Source: an uncultured delta proteobacterium
GTDB taxonomy: Bacteria; Desulfobacterota; Desulfuromonadia; Desulfuromonadales; BM103
Direction: 5' to 3'
NCBI GenBank assembly: GCA_963715335.1
Contig: CAVQRZ010000026.1
Coordinates: 1-64,000, forward strand
DNA length: 64,000 nt
Shown here: one piece after another, positions 22,202-31,366 of the stretch
Position numbering within the stretch: the first letter of the stretch is position 1
Layout of the letters: every line of letters starts with the position of its first letter
Position numbers and translations under genes: made by a program
Notes under the pieces: model-generated
The model's database searches: none
What the model was told of the DNA's origin: nothing
What the model saw: the letters and a program-made list of their open reading frames with translations, nothing else

Positions 22202-22444
22202 CGGGACGAGGTCCGAGGAACGTGGTACGCGGAAAATCAAAGGCTATAATACGTTTGTGCAGATAGTTTGTTTTGTTCTTTTCATCAATTCAACAGTTCA
22301 ACAAATAAATGCTTCGACAGAAGTTCCTACCCAGCCGTTTCCTGATGCGTTAAATTCATCGATATGTTATAAGAACCAATTGTTTTTAATCACAGCTTTA
22401 GAGCTTTAAGGCTCTAAAGCAGTAAAGCCTTGCAGCGTTAAAGC
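22202..22444 (+). repeat. Composite junction: heptamer arm plus two octamer arrays
   Basis: cgggacg aggtccg aggaacg tggtacg cggaaaa; aattcaac agttcaac aaataaat gcttcgac (22287-22318); cagcttta gagcttta aggctcta aagcagta aagccttg cagcgtta (22393-22440). Confidence 0.75.
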
Positions 22445-22453
22445 TGGACTTGA

Positions 22454-23182
22454 ATGCAATACGAAACCAAAAAACGTTCGATTCTGAAAGCCCTCTCATA
22501 TCGCACCTGGGCGACGATCACCACGGCGGTGCTCGTATTCGTTTTCACCGGCAAGTTTGTGCTGGCGATTACGATTGGTCTGCTGGAAGTGTTTGCCAAA
22601 ATGGGACTCTACTTTTTGCACGAACGGTTCTGGCAGCGCATCCGTTACGGCAAAAAGGAAGTTCCGGCCTTTGTCCTCTGGTTCACCGGCCTGCCCGCAT
22701 CGGGTAAAAAGGCGTTGGCGAACCGCGTCTACAGTCAGCTTGAGGAGCTACACCTCAAGGTAGAACGTATCGACAGCCTCGATGTTCGCCCGCTGTTTCC
22801 CGAGAACGGGTTCTCTCTGGACGAAGTCGATCGCCACGTCAAACGCTCCGGGCATCTCTGTTCGATGCTGGAGAAGAACGGCGTGATCGTGGTGGCCTCT
22901 TTTGTCTCGCCTTATGCAAAGAGCCGTCAGTTTGCCCGCAGCGTGGCCAGGAACTTCGTAGAGGTCTATATGAAGACCACCGTTGAAGCGTGTGAGCAGC
23001 GGGACAGTAAAGGGCATTACGCCAAGGCCCGCAGCGGCGAGTACAAGGATTTCCCCGGTGTGGATGCACCCTACGATATCCCTGAGAATCCTGAGATTAC
23101 AATCGATGTTGACCAGATTACAATGGATGTTGCCGTCGAACAGATCATGAATTATCTCAGGAAAAATATCCTGAACAATTGA
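22454..23182 (+). CDS. DUF2061-like membrane domain fused to adenylyl-sulfate kinase-like domain
   Basis: RSILKALSYR..K..LYFLHERFW N-terminus; WFTGLPASGKK, SFVSPY, FVEVY, RDSKGHY, FPGVDAPY. Confidence 0.78.
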   Translation: MQYETKKRSILKALSYRTWATITTAVLVFVFTGKFVLAITIGLLEVFAKMGLYFLHERFWQRIRYGKKEVPAFVLWFTGLPASGKKALANRVYSQLEELHLKVERIDSLDVRPLFPENGFSLDEVDRHVKRSGHLCSMLEKNGVIVVASFVSPYAKSRQFARSVARNFVEVYMKTTVEACEQRDSKGHYAKARSGEYKDFPGVDAPYDIPENPEITIDVDQITMDVAVEQIMNYLRKNILNN

Positions 23183-23191
23183 AAACATTGA

Positions 23192-23353
23192 TCGCACAGA
23201 GACGCAGAGCCCACAGAGATAATAGAATCGCCACAAATGGGTTTTAAAAACTAGCAATCAAATATTTTCTCAGTGTTCTCTGAGCCTCGAGCGAGTAAAA
23301 CGAACGGGCGTGATAAGAATTCGCTTTTGACTTTTAACGTTTCACCCTTTACG
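23192..23353 (+). repeat. Nonamer-type inverted-arm element with 26-nt motif, followed by an orphan heptamer arm
   Basis: tcgcacagagacgcagagcccacagaga (23192-23219) versus tctcagtgttctctgagcctc..ggcgtga (23268-23313); cttttga cttttaa cgtttca cccttta (23324-23351). Confidence 0.75.
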
Positions 23354-23361
23354 GAATAACC

Positions 23362-24267
23362 ATGAAAATCAATATGACCCACCTGCGCCAGCTCGAGGCG
23401 GAAAGTATCCATATCATTCGCGAGGTGGCGGCTGAATTCGAAAACCCGGTGATGCTTTATTCGATCGGCAAGGATTCTTCAGTCATGCTGCGCCTGGCGT
23501 TGAAGGCGTTTTATCCGGCCAAGCCGCCTTTCCCCCTGATGCATATCGATACGACCTGGAAGTTTCGCGAAATGATCGAGTTTCGTGACCGGATGGCGCG
23601 CGAACATGGCTTCGACCTGCTGATCTATACCAACCAGGACGGGGTCGCCCAGGGAGTTTCTCCTTTCACGCACGGTTCGGCGCTTTACACGGACGTGATG
23701 AAGACGGAAGGGTTGAAGCAGGCGCTGGACAAGTACAAGTTCGACGCGGCGTTCGGCGGCGCCCGGCGCGACGAAGAGAAATCACGGGCCAAGGAGCGGA
23801 TTTACTCGTTCCGTTCCAAGACCCACCGCTGGGATCCGAAGAACCAGCGCCCGGAGCTCTGGAACCTTTACAACGCCCGGGTCAAGCCAGGGGAGAGTAT
23901 CCGCGCTTTCCCGCTCTCCAACTGGACCGAACTTGATATCTGGCAGTATATCTTCCTTGAGAATATCCCGATCGTGCCGCTTTATTACTCCAAGGTTCGT
24001 CCGGTCGTGGCACGTGACGGCATGTTGATCCTGATTGATGACGACCGTATCAAGCTGGCCCCCGGCGAGGAGGTCCAGATGAAGTCGGTACGCTTCCGTA
24101 CCCTCGGCTGTTATCCTTTGACCGGTGCTGTCGAGTCCGATGCGGCTACCCTGCCGGAGATCATCCAGGAGATGCTGCTGACCCGCACTTCCGAACGCCA
24201 GGGCCGACTGATCGATCATGATCAGGCAGGGAGCATGGAGAAGAAGAAGCAGGAAGGTTATTTTTAA
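23362..24267 (+). CDS. cysD: Sulfate adenylyltransferase subunit 2
   Basis: [39 protein letters not shown]. Confidence 0.96.
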   Translation: MKINMTHLRQLEAESIHIIREVAAEFENPVMLYSIGKDSSVMLRLALKAFYPAKPPFPLMHIDTTWKFREMIEFRDRMAREHGFDLLIYTNQDGVAQGVSPFTHGSALYTDVMKTEGLKQALDKYKFDAAFGGARRDEEKSRAKERIYSFRSKTHRWDPKNQRPELWNLYNARVKPGESIRAFPLSNWTELDIWQYIFLENIPIVPLYYSKVRPVVARDGMLILIDDDRIKLAPGEEVQMKSVRFRTLGCYPLTGAVESDAATLPEIIQEMLLTRTSERQGRLIDHDQAGSMEKKKQEGYF

Positions 24268-24281
24268 CACATTGCGTTAAA

Positions 24282-24395
24282 AGTGGCGTGTAGCGCGTGG
24301 CGCGTGGCGAGAAAGTCAAAACATTGGCTCATGACCCGCAGATGATTGTTCGTCTTTTTAGATTTTAAATTAGATTTTTCGCGCCCCGCGCCACC
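24282..24395 (+). repeat. Tandem-heptamer inverted-arm element (CGTGGCG / CGCCACG)
   Basis: agtggcg tgtagcg cgtggcg cgtggcg agaaa versus ttttcg cgccccg cgccacc. Confidence 0.8.
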
Positions 24396-24413
24396 CGAAA
24401 ACGGAGTTTTTGC

Positions 24414-26421
24414 ATGGCCCACCAGTCAAATTTGATTGCTGAAGATATAACTGCTTACCTGAAAGCCCAGGAAGAAAAATCGATGCTGCGCTTCATCACC
24501 TGTGGCAGTGTCGATGACGGCAAGAGTACGCTGATCGGCCGCCTGCTGTGGGATTCGAAGTTGGTGTTCGAGGACCACCTGGCAGCGCTGGCGGTCGACA
24601 GTAAAAAGGTCGGCACCCAGGGCGATGATCTCGATTATGCGCTGCTGCTCGACGGCCTGCAGGCCGAGCGTGAGCAGGGGATCACCATAGATGTCGCCTA
24701 CCGCTTTTTTTCCACTGAAAAGCGCAAGTTCATCGTTGCCGACACCCCGGGGCACGAGCAGTACACCCGCAACATGGTCACCGGGGCCTCGACCGCCGAT
24801 CTGGCGGTGATCCTGATTGATGCCCGCAAGGGCGTCCTGACCCAGACCCGCCGTCACAGCTACCTGGCCTCGCTGGTCGGCATCCGCAAGGTGTTGGTGG
24901 CGATCAACAAGATGGACCTGGTCGGTTACTCGGCTGACACCTTTACTGAAATCGAACAAAGTTATCGAGCCTTTGCCACCCTGCTCGGTTTCGAAGAGAT
25001 CACCTGTATCCCGATTTCCGCACTCCGGGGCGATAACATCATCAATCCGAGCGCACAGACCGACTGGTATCAGGGCCCGACCCTGATGACCTGCCTGGAA
25101 ACCGTTCAGGTGGACAATGCCGCTCTGAGCCTGCCGTTTCGTATGCCGGTACAGTGGGTGAATCGTCCCGATCTCGATTTCCGCGGTTTCTGCGGCACAG
25201 CTCGCCTCTGGCCGGGTCTCGGCGGGCGATTCGGTTGCCGTTGCCGGTTCGGGCCAGAAGAGCCGGGTGGCACGGATTGTCACCATGGACGGGGACCTCG
25301 AGGAGGCGGTGGCCGGTCAGGCTGTCACCCTGACTCTTGAGGATGAGATTGATATCAGCCGGGGCGACATGCTCTGTGACCCTTTGAACCGCCCGGCCCA
25401 TGCTGATCAACTGGAAGCCCGCGTGGTCTGGATGCACGATGACGTCCTGTTGCCGGGCCGCAGTTACCTGCTGAAAACCGGAGCGACGACCGTACCGGCG
25501 CAGATCAGCGACCTGAAGTACAAGGTCAACGTCAATACCCTGGAGCATATGGCCGGGAAAACCCTGGGGTTGAACGAAATCGGCGTGTGCAACCTCTCAC
25601 TGGGCAAGGCGCTCTCCTTTGATCCGTACCAGGAGAACCGCAGCACCGGCAACTTTATCCTGATCGATCGCGTGACCAACGCCACGGTCGGTGCTGGTAT
25701 GATCGATTTTGCCCTGCGCCGAGCCACAAATATTCATTGGCAGGCTCTCGACGTTGACAAGAGCAACCGCGCATCGATGATGAACCAGAAACCTGCAGTG
25801 CTCTGGTTTACCGGCCTTTCCGGGGCGGGCAAGTCGACGATTGCCAACCTGGTGGAGAAAAAGCTCCATTCCCTCGGCAAACATACATACCTGCTCGATG
25901 GTGACAATGTGCGTCACGGCCTGAACCGTGACCTCGGTTTTACTGATGCCGATCGTGTTGAAAATATCCGGCGTGTGGCAGAGACCGCCAAGCTGTTCGT
26001 CGATGCCGGATTGATGGTTTTGGTCTCTTTCATTTCTCCTTTCCGCAGTGAAAGGAGTATGGCGCGGGAGATGCTGGAGGAAGGTGAATTCTACGAAGTT
26101 TATGTGAACACCCCCCTGGAAGTCTGCGAAGAGCGTGACCCGAAAGGGCTCTACAAGAAGGCTCGTGCCGGCCAATTGCTGAATTTCACCGGGATCGATT
26201 CCGCATACGAAGAGCCTGAAAATCCGGAAATCATCGTCAATACGGCGGCCTCCCAACCGGAGGATTTGGCCGAAGAGATCGTCCGGACAATCCTTGGCGA
26301 TGATTTCGCTTGCGAGATTCAGGATGGGACGGAGACGATTGACATTGGAAGCGCGAGCTGCGAATCGCGAAAAGACAAACTGATTGTCACGCAGCGTCGC
26401 AAAGAACGTAGAGATAGATAA
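24414..26421 (+). CDS. cysNC: Bifunctional sulfate adenylyltransferase subunit 1 / APS kinase (frameshift near 25201)
   Basis: [48 protein letters not shown]; removing one base at about 25201 joins the two ORFs. Confidence 0.92.
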
Positions 26422-26530
26422 AAGCAGCATTAATGATTTGCTATTGAGTGCTCAGCGTCTCGAATGAGCGAAACGAACGGGTGAGGGTTAAAAGGATGAA
26501 TCCAGATTTTCACATATAGATTTTACGGAT
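26349..26530 (+). repeat. Nested heptamer and nonamer elements overlapping the cysNC 3' end
   Basis: aagcgcg agctgcg aatcgcg aaaa; tcacgcagcgtcgcaaagaacgtagaga; gtgctcagcgtctcgaatgagcgaaacgaacgggtgag. Confidence 0.65.
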
Positions 26531-26533
26531 AAT

Positions 26534-27301
26534 ATGGAATACAAAAATATAGATTTTGTTAAGATTTGTGCCGTTGCCCGCGATGCTGGTTCGGCCGTCA
26601 TGGAGATTTACGCCGGAAAGTTCAATGTCGAGCTTAAGGGAGACGATTCTCCCTTGACCTGCGCGGACCGGGCCTCACATCGGGTGATCGTCGCGGGCCT
26701 GTGTGCGGCCACTCCGGAGATCCCGGTACTCTCCGAGGAAGGAAGGGCGATCCCTTATCAAGAGCGGGCGACCTGGCCACGCTTCTGGTTAGTCGACCCG
26801 CTCGACGGGACCAAGGAATTCATCAAGCGCAACGGTGAGTTTACCGTCAACATTGCCCTGGTGGAAGGCGGGCAGGTGACCGCAGGTGTCGTCTATGTTC
26901 CCGCGCAGGACGTGATGTATTTCGGCTGCCTGGAAGCTGGCTGCTGGAAAATTTCAAATGACGGGAACCCGGTGCCGATAAAGGTGCGAGAAGCTGATCT
27001 TAATGCCGGCTTGAAAGTGGTCATGAGCCGCTCTCATCCATCACCGGAACTGGAGGAGTACCTGCGGGAAATAAAGGTTGCCGAAGTAATCCCGGTCGGC
27101 AGCTCCCTGAAGCTTTGTGTCGTCGCCGAAGGCAAAGCCGACCTCTATCCCCGTCTTGGACCAACCATGGAATGGGACACTGCAGCTGGGCATGCGGTCG
27201 TTGAAGCGGCAGGAGGGACGGTTGCACAGGTGGACGGGAGACCGTTACGGTATAATAAGGAGAATTTGCTGAATCCCCATTTCATTGTCCGTGGACGATG
27301 A
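26534..27301 (+). CDS. cysQ: 3'(2'),5'-bisphosphate nucleotidase
   Basis: SPLT.AD, LSEE, WLVDPLDGTKEF, SRSH, GSSLK, EWDTAAG. Confidence 0.95.
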   Translation: MEYKNIDFVKICAVARDAGSAVMEIYAGKFNVELKGDDSPLTCADRASHRVIVAGLCAATPEIPVLSEEGRAIPYQERATWPRFWLVDPLDGTKEFIKRNGEFTVNIALVEGGQVTAGVVYVPAQDVMYFGCLEAGCWKISNDGNPVPIKVREADLNAGLKVVMSRSHPSPELEEYLREIKVAEVIPVGSSLKLCVVAEGKADLYPRLGPTMEWDTAAGHAVVEAAGGTVAQVDGRPLRYNKENLLNPHFIVRGR

Positions 27302-27311
27302 AGGGAGAACT

Positions 27312-27400
27312 TGAAATGCGAGGTGCGAGGCGGGAAGCGCGAAAACCTTACACCTCGGCTCAAATTTTGATTTTTTCGCGTTTCTCACTTCGCGCTTCAA
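27312..27400 (+). repeat. Tandem-heptamer inverted-arm element (CGAGGCG / CGCTTCG)
   Basis: tgaaatg cgaggtg cgaggcg ggaagcg cgaaaa versus ttttcg cgtttct cacttcg cgcttca. Confidence 0.85.
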
Positions 27401-27417
27401 CTTAATTGGAGTTTCAA

Positions 27418-28545
27418 ATGGCAAAAGTTGCACTTATAACCGGCATCACCGGCCAGGACGGAGCCTACCTCGCCGAATTCCTGCTGAAGAAAGGGTACAT
27501 CGTGCACGGCATCAAGCGCCGGGCCTCTCTGTTTAATACCGATCGTATCGATCATCTTTACCAGGATCCCCACGTTGAACATCGCAATTTTATCCTGCAT
27601 TACGGGGACCTGACCGATGCGACCAATCTGATCCGGATTATCCAGGAGGTACAGCCGGACGAGATCTACAACCTGGCGGCGATGTCGCATGTGGCGGTCT
27701 CCTTTGACACTCCAGAGTATACGGCAAATGCCGACGGCCTTGGCACGCTTCGCATCCTTGAAGCGATACGCATCCTCGGTATGGAAAAGAAAACCCGCTT
27801 CTACCAGGCATCGACATCGGAGCTTTTCGGTAAGGTCCAGGAGACCCCGCAGACCGAGACCACACCATTCTACCCGCGCTCGCCTTATGGTGTCGCCAAA
27901 CTCTACGGCTACTGGATTGTTGTCAACTACCGCGAATCTTATGGTATGTACGCCTGCAACGGGATCCTGTTCAACCACGAATCACCGATCCGTGGTGAAA
28001 CTTTCGTCACCCGCAAGATCACTCGTGCCGTGGCGCGCATGGCACTGGGCCTGCAGGAGTGTCTTTACCTCGGCAACCTCTCAGCACTGCGTGACTGGGG
28101 GCACGCCAAGGATTATATCGAAGCGCAGTGGCTGATGCTGCAACAGGAGGAACCCGAAGATTTTGTGATCGCCACCGGCAAACAGTACTCGGTGCGGCAG
28201 ATGGTGGAGACTGCCGCCAAGGAACTCGGCATCTATCTGCGCTGGGAAGGCGAAGGCCAGGAGGAAATCGGCTTTGTTGACAGTGTTGAAGAAGGTCGCG
28301 GTACCAAGGATGCTGCGCTGGTTCCAGGGCAGGCGATCGTACGCATTGATCCGCGTTATTTTCGCCCGGCAGAGGTCGAGACATTGCTCGGTGACTCGAC
28401 CAAGGCGAAGCAGAAGCTTGGTTGGGAGCCTAAGGTGACATTTCAAAAGCTTGTCAGCGAGATGGTCAGGGTCGATCTCGAAAAGGCCAAATGTGACGAG
28501 ATGGTCAAGGAGCACGGTTACCAGATATTTGATTATCATGAATGA
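27418..28545 (+). CDS. gmd: GDP-mannose 4,6-dehydratase
   Basis: [38 protein letters not shown]. Confidence 0.96.
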   Translation: MAKVALITGITGQDGAYLAEFLLKKGYIVHGIKRRASLFNTDRIDHLYQDPHVEHRNFILHYGDLTDATNLIRIIQEVQPDEIYNLAAMSHVAVSFDTPEYTANADGLGTLRILEAIRILGMEKKTRFYQASTSELFGKVQETPQTETTPFYPRSPYGVAKLYGYWIVVNYRESYGMYACNGILFNHESPIRGETFVTRKITRAVARMALGLQECLYLGNLSALRDWGHAKDYIEAQWLMLQQEEPEDFVIATGKQYSVRQMVETAAKELGIYLRWEGEGQEEIGFVDSVEEGRGTKDAALVPGQAIVRIDPRYFRPAEVETLLGDSTKAKQKLGWEPKVTFQKLVSEMVRVDLEKAKCDEMVKEHGYQIFDYHE

Positions 28546-28547
28546 AT

Positions 28548-28680
28548 CGTGGCGCGTGGCGAGTGGCGCGTAGCGAGAAAAATCTTTGATTGAATTAATT
28601 ATGAAAATTACTCGATTGGCATATCATATGATTAACGAGTTTTTTAAACTCTTTAGCCGCGCCACGCGCCACGCGCCACG
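28548..28680 (+). repeat. Tandem-heptamer inverted-arm element (CGTGGCG / CGCCACG)
   Basis: cgtggcg cgtggcg agtggcg cgtagcg agaaaa versus cgcgccacgcgccacgcgccacg. Confidence 0.88.
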
Positions 28681-28691
28681 GTTTTATCAGA

Positions 28692-29666
28692 ATGAAAAAA
28701 AACAGTAAGATATTTGTTGCCGGTTCAAATGGCTTGGTGGGCTCGGCCATCGTGCGCCGCTTGCAGGCCGGTGGCTATAGCAACCTGTTGACTGCCGAGA
28801 TCGACGAACTGGACCTGACTGACCCCGGAGCTGTCGCGGAGTTTTTTGCCGTTGAAAAACCGGAGTACGTGATCCTGGCCGCGGCGAAGGTTGGCGGCAT
28901 CCACGCCAACGATACATTTCCGGCTGATTTTATCCACATCAACCTGATGATCCAGAACAACGTCATTCACCAGGCCTATCTGTCGGGGGTCAAACGCCTG
29001 CTCTTTTTGGGATCGTCATGCATTTATCCGAAGCTGGCACCTCAACCGATGCGAGAAGAACACCTGTTGACCGGTTTGTTGGAGCCGACCAACGAGCCGT
29101 ATGCGATCGCCAAAATCGCCGGAATCAAGATGTGCGAGTCGTACAACCGCCAGTACGGTACGCAGTTTGTGGCTGTTATGCCGACCAACCTGTATGGTCC
29201 GGGAGACAATTTCCACCCGGAAAATTCCCATGTCCTGCCTGCGCTGATTCGTCGTTTCCACGAAGCAAAGATCGAGCGGAAAGCCGAAGTGGTTGTCTGG
29301 GGGACGGGCACTCCGATGCGGGAGCTGCTCTATGTAGATGACATGGCCGACGGCAGCGTTTTTGTCATGGAACTGGATGATGCAACCCTTGCCAAAAAAT
29401 TCCTTAGCTACCCGGACCCCTGTTTTGTAAATCTCGGCACCGGTGTCGATGTGACGATTGGTGAACTGGCAAAGACCGTCAAGGCCGTGGTCGGCTTCGA
29501 AGGTGAGCTGGTTTTTGATGCCACGAAACCGGATGGCACCATGCGTAAACTCCTCGATGTCTCAAGGGCAAAATCCCTGGGGTGGCAGGCGCGGGTGAAC
29601 CTGCGTGAGGGGATTGAGAAAACTTATCGATGGTTTCTCGAGCACCAGGACAGTTTCAGGAAATAG
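28692..29666 (+). CDS. fcl: GDP-L-fucose synthase
   Basis: [40 protein letters not shown]. Confidence 0.95.
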   Translation: MKKNSKIFVAGSNGLVGSAIVRRLQAGGYSNLLTAEIDELDLTDPGAVAEFFAVEKPEYVILAAAKVGGIHANDTFPADFIHINLMIQNNVIHQAYLSGVKRLLFLGSSCIYPKLAPQPMREEHLLTGLLEPTNEPYAIAKIAGIKMCESYNRQYGTQFVAVMPTNLYGPGDNFHPENSHVLPALIRRFHEAKIERKAEVVVWGTGTPMRELLYVDDMADGSVFVMELDDATLAKKFLSYPDPCFVNLGTGVDVTIGELAKTVKAVVGFEGELVFDATKPDGTMRKLLDVSRAKSLGWQARVNLREGIEKTYRWFLEHQDSFRK

Positions 29667-29808
29667 ATTTGTTTTGGCTTGTGTTCGTGGGCAAGACAGC
29701 ATCCAATTGATCCTTTGAAGATCAAATTCTGTTGATCTGATATGTGACTGAATAAAATAGATTGACCAGCCGCAATTCGCCCGGTGCGATTTGCGTTTCG
29801 AGGTACTT

Positions 29809-31236
29809 ATGATCGTCCCCGTAATACTCTCTGGCGGTGCCGGAACCCGCTTGTGGCCATTGTCACGTGAACTTTATCCGAAGCAGTTGTTGCCGCTGGT
29901 TGGTGATCGAACCATGTTACAGGATACGGCTTTGCGCCTGAATGGACTGGCCAACCGGAATGCACCATTGGTCGTCTGCAACGAGGCTCACCGTTTCATG
30001 GTTGCTGAGCAGCTGCGTCAGGTCGGCCAGACAGCTGGAGCAGTAATCCTGGAGCCGGTCGGTCGCAACACGGCCCCGGCGGTTGCGGTTGCGGCTTTAT
30101 GTGCAACGGAAAACGGCGATGATCCGATCCTGCTGGTGTTGCCTGCAGATCATGTGGTACGAGATGCAAAAGAGCTCTGTAAGACAGTCAACAACGGAAT
30201 CGAAACCGCGACAGACGGGGCTCTTTTGACGTTCGGGATTGTGCCGACGTCACCGGAGACGGGGTACGGTTATATAAAGCGTGGCGCGAAGTGCGAAGTG
30301 CGAAGGATAAAATCTGATCCGACAATCTATGATGTTCAGAAATTTGTCGAAAAACCAGACTTAGCGACTGCAGAAGAGTATCTGAAGTCCGGAGATTATT
30401 ACTGGAACAGCGGCATGTTCATGTTCAGGGCCTCGGCATATCTTGCTGAGCTTGAAAATCACGCTCCTGAGATACTCTCTGCTTCTCGCAAGGCCTGGCA
30501 GGGGCGGGTGGTTGACCTTGATTTCACCCGTCTCGATGGCGAAGCGTTTGCGGCCTGTCCGTCTGATTCGATCGATTATGCAGTGATGGAAAAGACAGCC
30601 CGGGCGATGGTTGTCCCGCTCGAAGCCGGCTGGAGCGATGTTGGTTCCTGGGCTGCGCTCTGGGAAGTTGGTGAGATGGATACCGGCGGGAATGTTACGT
30701 TCGGTGATGTGATTGATGTGGACTGCAATAACAGCTATTTGCACGGTGGCTCGAGGCTGGTGGCCGGAGTCGGATTACAGGGCATCGTGGTTGTTGAGAC
30801 CGCTGATGCCGTTCTGGTCGCAGCCAAGGACCGGGTGCAGGATGTCAAACGGGTTGTTGAACAGCTGAGAAGCACTGAACGTGAGGAACACTTGCTGCAT
30901 AGGCGGGTCAACCGGCCATGGGGGGCTTATGAAGGTCTCGATTCCGGTGACGGTTTTCTGGTCAAACGAATCACTGTGAATCCTGGGGCAAGTCTCTCAC
31001 TTCAGCGCCATAAACATCGTGCCGAACACTGGATCGTGGTGCGTGGCATAGCCGACGTCACCTGTGAAAATGTTGTCCAGACCCTCGAAGCAAATCAGTC
31101 CTTCTATATTCCGATTGGCAACAAACATCGCCTGACCAACCCCGGCGACACGATCCTTGAGATCATTGAAGTGCAGACAGGCGAACTTCTGTCTGAGGAC
31201 GATATTGAACGTTTTGACGATGTGTATGGGCGTTAA
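29809..31236 (+). CDS. manC: Mannose-1-phosphate guanylyltransferase / mannose-6-phosphate isomerase
   Basis: GGAGTRLWPLSR..PKQ, EP.GRNTAPA, SIDYAVME, WSDVGSW, RPWG, HRAEHW; ATG 29809 after GAGGT. Confidence 0.95.
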   Translation: MIVPVILSGGAGTRLWPLSRELYPKQLLPLVGDRTMLQDTALRLNGLANRNAPLVVCNEAHRFMVAEQLRQVGQTAGAVILEPVGRNTAPAVAVAALCATENGDDPILLVLPADHVVRDAKELCKTVNNGIETATDGALLTFGIVPTSPETGYGYIKRGAKCEVRRIKSDPTIYDVQKFVEKPDLATAEEYLKSGDYYWNSGMFMFRASAYLAELENHAPEILSASRKAWQGRVVDLDFTRLDGEAFAACPSDSIDYAVMEKTARAMVVPLEAGWSDVGSWAALWEVGEMDTGGNVTFGDVIDVDCNNSYLHGGSRLVAGVGLQGIVVVETADAVLVAAKDRVQDVKRVVEQLRSTEREEHLLHRRVNRPWGAYEGLDSGDGFLVKRITVNPGASLSLQRHKHRAEHWIVVRGIADVTCENVVQTLEANQSFYIPIGNKHRLTNPGDTILEIIEVQTGELLSEDDIERFDDVYGR

Positions 31237-31240
31237 ATGA

Positions 31241-31358
31241 CGAAGCGCGAAGTGCGAAAAGACTATCCAATACGTAACTAGATGGAAAATATAATGAGTT
31301 CATTTCCGGGCTTTTATTTTAGGTTTATCACGCCTCGCGCCTCGCGATTCGCGCTTCG
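31241..31358 (+). repeat. Tandem-heptamer inverted-arm element (CGAAGCG / CGCTTCG)
   Basis: cgaagcg cgaagtg cgaaaa versus cgcctcg cgcctcg cgattcg cgcttcg. Confidence 0.85.
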
Positions 31359-31366
31359 AGAGTAAG

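Noticed and set aside
22143..22409. 88-aa ORF across the wecA-cysC junction
   Set aside because: Composed of the wecA tail and repeat arrays; no recognisable protein features.
28290..28315. Possible element remnant in Gmd (GRGTKDA)
   Set aside because: Only two weak units in a naturally variable loop.
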